From: Octopus sinensis
Taxonomy: Eukaryota
Direction of reading: 5' to 3'
Length of the DNA stretch: 64,000 nucleotides
NCBI RefSeq assembly: GCF_006345805.1
Contig: NC_042997.1
Span: forward strand, 80,042,001 to 80,106,000
The notes beneath the pieces were generated by a model that saw nothing but the letters and a program-made list of their open reading frames with translations, did no database searches and was not told the DNA's origin. Each line of letters opens with the position of its first letter. Position 1 is the first letter of the stretch. A program made the translations under genes and the position numbers. Below are positions 36,401 to 46,400 of this stretch, in pieces.

Positions 36401-39400
36401 CAAGATGGATTCTTAAGACCAAGCCATCTGGTAGGAGTATAAAAATAATGAGATAGTTGGATAATATCCATTGTCTCAGCTGGCTGTGCTTGAAAGTCCA
36501 GCTGGAAGGTCTAATGATGGATACTTCTAAAAGGAGCCTATGGAGGAGGGGCTTGAGTACTCTACTTCCATAACCCTCTTTGAATAGATGGAAGATTTTA
36601 TTTTAATAATCACAGCTAATACTATGAAGTTGTTGTAAATTTTGTATTTACCTTAACATAAATCACTGTCTTATTTTAAATGATTAGTCAAAATAGAAAT
36701 TTAAAAAAAATTTTGCTCTTGTGCAAGCTTTTCCACTTATATGACTTTTGATTTTTATTTAGACATGAAGTATCTGACTTTCAAGCAACATGTCAGAGAA
36801 AAGCCAAAAAATCAGCTGGAGGTTTGAAAAACATTCGTGTGGTAATTATTTTACTTCTAAATGAAATAAATTGAATATAAATGTTTTAAAGTTTTTTTTT
36901 TTTTATAAATAATTTCTGATCATGCATGATCTTATTTAGAAATATAATTTCTGTTGCTAGGTACTGACATTCTAACATCTGTTACTTTTTAATATTAGTT
37001 ATCTTATGACAGTTAACTGTAAAGAAAAGAAAATATATATTAATCTCTTGATACATTTATAGTTTTAATATTTAATCTGCAAAGGTGGCAAGCTGGCAGA
37101 AATGTTAGCACACTGGGAAAATGCTTAGCGGTATTTTGTCTGTCTTTATGTTCTGAGTTCAAATTCTGCCATGGCTGACTTTGCCTTTCATTCTTGCGGG
37201 GTCAATAAATTAAGTACCAGGTGTGTACTGGGGTCAGTTTAACTGACTGCCCCTCCCCCAAAATTTCGAGCCTTGTGCCTAGAGTAGAAAAGAATATTTA
37301 ATCTGCCTTTCAAGGTGGTGATCTGCAAAATCATTAGTCTGCTGGGCAAAATGCTTAGTGGCACTTTGTCCATCTTTATGTTCAGTTTCTGCTGAGGTTC
37401 ACTTTGCTTTCATCCTTTTGGGGTTGATAAAATAAGTATCAGTTGCAGACTGGGGTCGATGTAATTGACTTTCCTTCTTCCCGAAAGTTGTTAGCCTTGT
37501 GTCAAAACTTTGAAACCGATATCTAATCTGCACATAAAAAAACTATAATTAATTTACTTATTAAGTCCACAGGAGGTGCAACTAACAACAGAGTATTGGT
37601 CTTTTGAGTTTACATTATCTGGTTCATATATATCTGCATCTTTGTAAAAGCAAATCTTATAACTATATCAAAGAAAATTAGTTCAGTTGAGAAACCTCAG
37701 GTGTGAACATACAAGTGCAAAATGGTATTTGTTTAGAAGTAATTCAGAAATTAATCTCAGTGAGGAGTTGTGACTTTTTATTTTGTACATTGAGGTTTAT
37801 TGAGTCATTTAATGCTCAATGGCCCATTCCACTTTCCTGAAAATAATAAATTTTTGATGTACAACTCACAACTTCAATAATCTGCAGTAATTACTTATCT
37901 CAAATCATCTATTCAATAAAATTGAAATAACCTACAGTATACTTAACCTTCTAATAATAAAATAAAAATATTTTTGTATATTTTTCTGATATTTTTTCAA
38001 GTGGAATTTATTTTTGTTTGAACATCTTTATTTTTTCCAGCCTTCAGTGAACTTATTGTACGAAATGTTAAGTTGGAAATGGTGGTTTAACAAAGTAGCA
38101 TGGTGAGTAATATTATCAGTGTTTAAAATAACACAAATGTTTTTCTAATTGATTGCTTCTATGAGTCTTTGAACCAGATATTGTTACCATTGTTGCTAAG
38201 AAGTCAACAATTCAGATGTTAAACAGTAAAATAACATTCAGTCAATATTCAGATTTTAGTAGCAATGATCTTAATTATTTTTATATAGAATTATCCATTA
38301 ATTGACAATTTTTTCTCACAATTATTAGATTTTATTCATATCCTTGTTTCATTCAAATTAGAGAATGTAATACACATTTAATGTGACTTTGGAAATTATT
38401 GATTTAAATTGGAATTAGAAATGTAAGAAACCTCTTACAAAAGAAAATATCAAATGTCTGTTATTTTTATTTATGTATTATACTTTCAAATAATAATTCT
38501 AAAAGCTGGGTTGTTTTTCTCTTTTAATTTTAGGTCATATTTTAGTTTCAATATATACAAGTAAGTAAATTGTTTTTCTTTACTATTTCTTAATTAATAT
38601 CATTAATATTAATGTAAATTTTGTTAATATTACTGTATGTGTAAAGGCCGCAAGTTGGCAGAATCATTAGCATGCTTGGCACATGCTTAGCAACATTTCA
38701 TCTGCTTTTGCGTACTGGGTTCAAATGCAGTTGGGGTTGACTTATTTTATCCTTTTGGGGTCGATAAAATAAGTACCCGTTGAATACTGGGATTGATGTA
38801 ATTGATTAGTCCCCTCCCACGAACTTGTTGGCCTTTTACCAAAATTTGAAACCAATATCACAGTATGTAAATTGACTGCACTTTTAGCATCTTTTATTGA
38901 TATATCACTTTAAGTTTAATGAGCTATGTTTTTTAGCAATTAAACTGTTATACAAATATGTTAAGACTGTTTTACTCTGATAAATTTTCTTGTCTCTTGT
39001 ATTTCAAAGACAAAATATGACAATTGCTTGAAAATTATAATTAGCATAATTTTTTAATAATCTACACTTTAATAATCTACACTTTTTAATAATCTACACT
39101 TATATTATGGACAGTATTGAAGGTGGCGCTAGTTACCAAACAAAGAACTATGTTATGTTTTAAACATTTCTGATGTCTTGCTTTCTCTTTGGTATCACAC
39201 AAGTATGAAAATATTTTGGTGATCTAGCCATTAGAATAAACTTTCTATTCTAAGACTAAACAAGCATTTATTTTTTAATGATTTAGTCAGGAGTGGAAGA
39301 GCAGTATCAATGACCTTTTGTAGTGACCCGAAGAGTAAAGGTAGCAGGGAAGGAGGAAGTAATCACAGGGTGCATTAAGATATTGAGTTATCCTTAGACT

Positions 39401-40420
39401 GGGCATTTGATGGTGATGTTGATATGGTTGATAAATGTGGAGATATTTCTGAAATTATATTCAATGTAAGCATATCCAGTTCAATTCCGTGACCGAGCTA
39501 TGTCTTGTGTTCTTGAGCAAGATGCTTTATTTCACATTGCTCCGGCTTACTCAGCTGCAGAAATGAGTTGTGACATCACTGATGCCAAGCTGTACTGGCC
39601 TTTGCCTTTCCTTTGCATAACATCAATGACATGGAGTGGAAAGACTAGTATGCATGGGCAGCTACTGCTCTTCCATAACAAATTTTCCCAGACTTGTATC
39701 TCAGAGGGGAACTTTCTAGGTGTAATCTCATGGTCATTTATGAACAACAAGGGTCTTTACCCTTCTCCTTTGTAAAGATCTAGAACTGCAACTATAAATC
39801 TTTATTTAATCAACTACAAAATTTGAAACAAAAAAGTGCTTACCACATTTTATTTATAATAGTGGAAAAGGTGTTGTAGAAACTAAATCATGGTTTTCAA
39901 AGGGCTCAGTTCTCAGTCTACTTCCACTTTGTTTCAAAAGCTATCATTGATTCATCAACAGTGGTTTCTGAAACAAGATCAGGTAGAAGTTATGTGATTA
40001 TTGCAATGAAAACAAAAATTGCCTTCCTTTCCTGATAGCAATTTTACTAAATTTGGGTATAGTTTAAGTTCACTTAAATAACAGTTGCACATTTGTAGAA
40101 AGACTTGGGGAAGAATGGCTTAGCACAAAAGAGTGTGAACTTATTTTCTGTTATGGGTATTTAATGTAAATACATTCAATACCCAATTCTTACTTCACAA
40201 CTATGTTTAGCACAGAAATGATAGGGATATGATCATTTAGGCCATATGACTAACAAGGGTTGGGTAAACATATAATGTGAGAAACGTTTTTGTGTGTTTC
40301 AGCATTTTACAACACCTTATGTCTTCATAAAGAAGAGATGTGTAAGAAATTATAGTTATTTGAGAAACGTACTTCTTATGCTATTTACATATATGCAAAC
40401 AGTATTTTAAGACATACATG

Positions 40421-40493
<73 letters not shown>

Positions 40494-43400
40494 ATTTTTT
40501 AAAAACTGAAGACAGTTTCTTTTTATTTATTTAAAATTTATAATTCATATTTTTTGCAGTTGGTTTTTCTCAGAGCCTATCAATTTTGGTACGTAATAAT
40601 CCTTCTACTCCTTTCTTCAATGTCTAGTTTAGTTTCCATGTGTTTAGAATGTTTTTAGATTTGATCTACTTTCACTTAACTAAAATTCAAACAATTAAAA
40701 AAATCAAAAATTGTATGTTCTTTTTTTTTAAATCAATACAATTAAAAATCCATGCAAGCTAAAATTTTTAATAAAAAGTTTTCACTGGGTAAAACATTTT
40801 GTTTTTAGTTTTCATATCACAATAGTAAATTTGATTCCTGTGTACAGCAGGTTTTATACAAACCAGGTATATACTATGATTATATCAATTAATAGGGAAA
40901 TTATTAAGATAGAAATTTTTTTTTAGAGATCTATAGTGTTGTTAATATTTCAGAATCCACTGAAGTTTTAGTTTTTTTGTGACAGTGCCAGGGAGCATGT
41001 TGTCTTTATATGATTGTACACGAGGGGATACTTTGGGGTAGGATGTTCCCGTTGCCTCCTTCTGTTTACAGATGTAAAAGATGTATCAATGAAATAGAAA
41101 TAATTATTTGAAGGCTAATTAAATTGTTGCAGATTTAAATATTATAATCGGATTATAGCTTAACCACAGGGCTGGTAGTCCTGCAAACTGCATGGTAACC
41201 TCAATAGTGCAGGTGGCATGAATAAAGCATTCATTCCATGCTTTAAGTGAGTTGGCATTAGAAAGAGCATCCAGCCATAAAAAGCATGCAAGGTAGACAT
41301 TGGAGCTTAGATACATCAGTTCCTGTCAAACTATGCAATCAGCATGGAACAGCGATGTTAAATGATGATATAAGACTGAATTTAAGAGTGTTCCAAGTTG
41401 TTGGTAATTATATAAATTTGTAGAATATTTTGAAAAATAATTACAAAAGTTTATTTACTGCTCTATATTTATTTTGTGTATGCATTATATGAAGTGCAAC
41501 TTGAGCCATCGTCTGGTGGCTTGAACATAACAGATCTGAATGAATCAACATTTGTAAACAAACTAAAATTTGTCAGCCACTTTTTAAAGCAATTTATCAA
41601 AATATACAATCAATTCTAAATATGAAAAGAAATATCAATTTTAGTGTTTGCATTTACAGCCATGTCAGCATATGTGACTAAATATTTTTGTGTGATCAAA
41701 TATTTTTTTTATTGAAATATAGTTGTAGAATATTTTCTAAATTATATTTCTGTGAAATTTTTCCCTGAGTGAGATAATCACCATGTATTTTTCTAATATA
41801 CATAATCTTTTAAAAGCATATTTACTTGAAAAAAATGCATTTGTGTTAGCTTCCTATGAACATTTTTTGTATTTACTTTTTTGTTATATTTTTAGCTTAT
41901 GCAGAAGAGGAAGGTGAATCAGAAAGCTGTATAATGAACCGAATACAATATTATTGGCCAAGTAGTACATTTAACTCCATGAGTGGTATAGTTCCATGTG
42001 AAAACTGTTCTAGGTAAATTATGTTCATATATAAAGTCTTTGTCTTATAGGGGTGGAAAGTTAACATAATGTTTGTGATTTTGCACAAATGGAATAAATT
42101 CAGTTTGATCATCTATATAAAAGTCTAGCTCAAACCTTCAGGTTCATGAGACTTAAATCATATACAGATTTTCTGGGTATCTAGGTGAGGAAGTATCTCA
42201 TGGAGGGACTACTTGGAGGATTGTCATGGATGGCCCAAGCAAATACCAACAAATTATGGATGCAGCAACATTCTGCACTTGATCTTGGAGACTTGAAAAT
42301 ACAAGATCTCCACCTTTTGAACAGGATGCCAGTCCACTGTAATCCTCTCAATTGGAAATGAATAGCAGCTGCCACTAGTATTTATTTATATTTGAGACTG
42401 GCATCTTATTCAAGATGCATTAGCATCAACACTTGCTAGATTGAATAACAACGTCAGAAGCTCTCCATTTTTCAACAATGTCATGCAATTATTTGGGAAA
42501 AGTTTCTTTTTCTGTCCACAGGCCAGTGAGGAGTTTGATTTGTGATGAGTGAGGGCTAGTAAAATGAAGGTAGGTATGCATTTGCAAGCTCAAACATCTC
42601 AAGAGCTGACTATCAAAACTGCAAATACTCTCACTCAGAGCATATGTGCATTCCCTCTTGCTGAAAGCAGCGATTCAATTAATTTTTGGCATCAATGATG
42701 CTGAAAAATTGCTGATGCCAGTCATTGATGACAGAGAGAGCACCATCTTCAGTAATTGTATGTCTAAAATGCAACAATGTATTCTTGGAATGAAAAATGT
42801 TAGGCATTTTCACAAAGTCAGCAGAGGATATTTCACCGAAATAGTTTTCAAAAACTTTCTCACTTCTCATTTTTGAAAGAGAGTTCTTCAATTTCTCAAT
42901 CAGCTTCAAGCAGTCACTGGCTGTTGTGCCTGGACACTATAAGCTACTTACCACAGATTCACATATTCCAGATATATTCTCAACCACCATAATACCAAAG
43001 TGGAAGCTTTGCTAGATTGTTTCAGCAGTCATTTGACAGTGAACTTTGTTGTTGCTCATAGCAATGTATCATTCAGAAGCACCAGCAAAAAATCCTTCAT
43101 CATCTTATAGTTGCTTTCTATGTTTCAGTGCTGTTGCTCTAATGCACCAACAAGTTGGATGCATGGCTTGCAACATGACATTCTCACCATAAAGGTTTGT
43201 CCATTGCATCACTTTTCTTTTTGGTGACTCTCTCAGAAGAATGGCACATTGGTAAACAAAGTTCATTGCATCAACTACAATGGCAAGCATAGAGCCAACT
43301 TCTTGTGAGACGAGCTCCAGAGAGTGGCTTCCATAATGTACAAAATATGTGCTGGGAAACATGTCTTTAATTTCTTTTGTATGCCTGAAATGTTTCCACT

Positions 43401-46400
43401 CAAGGTACTTGCACCATCAAATGAAAAGCAGCACACTTTTGAGCAAAATATTTAGGCAGCAAAGCTCACCCCCCGGAAGAACCTTAGTGTCTCCAAAGAG
43501 CAGCCAGGAGGATTATAAAAATCAAAAAAATCTTTGTAGGCATCCAGAACTTCAGAAACATAATGGACAATGATTGATTCTTGTTTCATGCCATAGCAAT
43601 CAGTGGTGCCATCATATATAATACAAATAAACATGGAATCTTCAACTTTTTGTTTTTATTACCTGCAGGATGTTATGAGCATACACCTGTAGGATTTAAT
43701 TTTGTATGGTATCAGATAGGAAATTATTTCAACTTTTAAGCCACTGACTTACTTCTTCACTGCATTTTTTGGCAAGTTCTTTTATATGAAGTTTCCTGTA
43801 TCATGTTCATGCCCTTGTAATACTAGGCCTTGCCTACCACAGAATCTGACCGCTTTGTAAACAATTTTTAATACTTGCTAGGCTACTTCTTGTCACTAAA
43901 TTGGTTGCTTATTCAGTCATGGATATGTCTGACTTTGGCCCAAAGTGCTTTCATGTAGTGACCAGAACAGCTATGTGCAGTGATTTTTCCTGTAATGTTG
44001 CCCCAATTTCATACACAGGTCAAGAAGGCAGTTTCCTTAGGTATTGTAATTCTGTTATGCTGAACTCCTTCCAGACAATACTGGCAGATAATAGTATCAT
44101 GCTGAACATCATAATGAAACCACAGGGCTAGCAGTATGAGCATTTCTTTGCATCCTTGGGGAAGTTGAATATCTTTCCAGGCACAAATTATTTTTGTGAT
44201 GTGCAAAAGTTTGATGGCACTTCTTGTCATGTTAGAAGGTGGCAAGCTGGCAGAATTGTTAGCAAACCAGGCAAAATACTTAGCAGCATTTTGTTGGTCT
44301 TTGCGTTCTGAGTTCAAATTCCCACTAAGGTTGAATTCGCCTTTCATCATTTTGGGGGTTGATGAAATTTTCAAGTCTTGTACCTATAGTAGAAAGGACT
44401 ATTAGTATTATTATTATTATTATTATTATTAAAGTGGCAAGCAGGTAGAATTGTTAGCACACTGAACAAAATGCTTAGTGGCATTCCTTTCAGCTTTATG
44501 TTCTGAGTTTAAATTCTGCTGAGGTCAACTTTACCTTTCATCCTTTCAGATAAAATATGTACTAGTTGAGTACTGGGGTCAATGTAATTGACTTGACCCT
44601 TCCTCCAAATGTTTTGGGTCTTATACCTACAGTAGAAAAGATTATTATTATTTCGCTGTCTGCCAAGGTCAATGCATTGTTATTTTCTTTTCTTAATTCT
44701 AGGGAGTTCAGAGTTGTTCGTTTGATGTATAGTAACTTGGTACTTGTAGTTACTGAACTTGAGTGTAATGAATGCTCATATACAGAAATTAATCAAGAAC
44801 CTGAAGAAGGTAGGCATTCCAAATATTTATGTTGGTTCCTCTTATATTTCATTTTGTGGTATAATATTCAATATGAATTGTCACAACAATGTATATGTTT
44901 AGCTTATGGTTGTTGAAATAAAACATCATTATTGATCTTACCAAACAGTATTTCGTGAATAGTAATACATGTATTGAAAATTATTAAAATAATTCTAAGT
45001 CAACCCAGGTAATTTACATAGCACCATTTGATCATTCAAAGAAACTAAGTGCCTCATTCTTGTATCTATCTGTTTGGACATCTGCCTGTCAAACCTTCAC
45101 CTACACACACACACACATACATATTCTTATATACCAATATGTACATATTCATTTGTTTACACACACACACATATATAATAATAATGATAATAATAATATT
45201 ATTATTAAGGCAGTGAACTGGCAGAATTGTTAGCATGCTGAACAAAATGCTGTCAAGCATTTTGTCTGTCTTGACATTCTGAGTTCAAATACTGCTAAGG
45301 TCAGTTTTGCCTTTCATCCTTTTGAGGTTGATAAAATAAGTAAGTACCAGTTGAGTACTGGGGTTGATGTAATCACCTTTCTCCCTCTCTTGAAATTGCT
45401 GGCCTTGTGCCAAAATTTTAAACCAATATTATTATTTAAAACAGCTTGAATCAGCTCCATGCAACTTAAAGTTTTGTGACTTGCTTGTGTATGTATGTAT
45501 GTATATATTTATATACACACACTCAGAGTAAATGAATGTCTGTCAATTTCACTGATAAGTATTCAGTTGTTCATTTAACTATACTCTCTGTTCACCAAAT
45601 AAGGTGAATAAGGATGTAAGTGTCTAACATTCCTTGTAACACTTGTATCTTTAATATAATTCTCAAGCAGAATCAAGTTTCACTATTATTCTCACTACTA
45701 TTATATTCTGGATTTGTTCCCCTTATGAATTTTGATCTCTTGATGCATATTTAATGATTGACTTCATTATGTTCCTGTACCTACATGTATTAATATTAAC
45801 ATTTTACCTTATATTAACAGTGAAGCCAAATTTTTGTGAGTCACAGCCAAGGTATAGAAAACGCCCTGGAGAATGCTACAAATATGACGCAAGAGTAAGT
45901 TCATTTCTTTTATTTATTTTGTCTTCCATTGATCAAAAATTTGTGTTGTATATTTAGTTATAGTAATTTATTGAAATCAGTTAAATTTGTAGAATTTATC
46001 ATCACTGTGTAACAGCACAATAAAAAAATATTTTTACTAGTATATCATTACTTTACAAATCAGTTAAATTGAGTACTATTGACACAACAGTTTGGATTTG
46101 AAATAATTGAATAATAAAAGTTAGTGCAAAAACTGTTTAGCAATTTTAGAACAATGTTATTATATATCTAAAAATACAGCTGTCACTCGCAATCAGGTAT
46201 GACTTAGTATCAGCATGCTCTATGCTTCTTGCTAATGTTTTTAGGTGTCCATAATGTTGGGAGCAGACACAGACATTCCTTCTTGATCCTCCCACTCTTG
46301 ACTTGATGAAATATTCAAGTTATGACAAGCGGAAGAGAGAGAAGTCTGCATCTAGAATTTAACTGTGTTTTATTTTATTGACCCTTTTCCCATGAAAGAT

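Noticed and set aside
39050-39100. Triplicated TTTAATAATCTACAC (and the 25-bp duplication at about 1058-1108)
   Set aside because: Ordinary slippage-type tandem duplications; no spacers, so not CRISPR-like.
44566-44916. 116-aa ORF as an independent gene
   Set aside because: Only 44703-44809 is the CACNA2D exon; the 5' part is SINE sequence.
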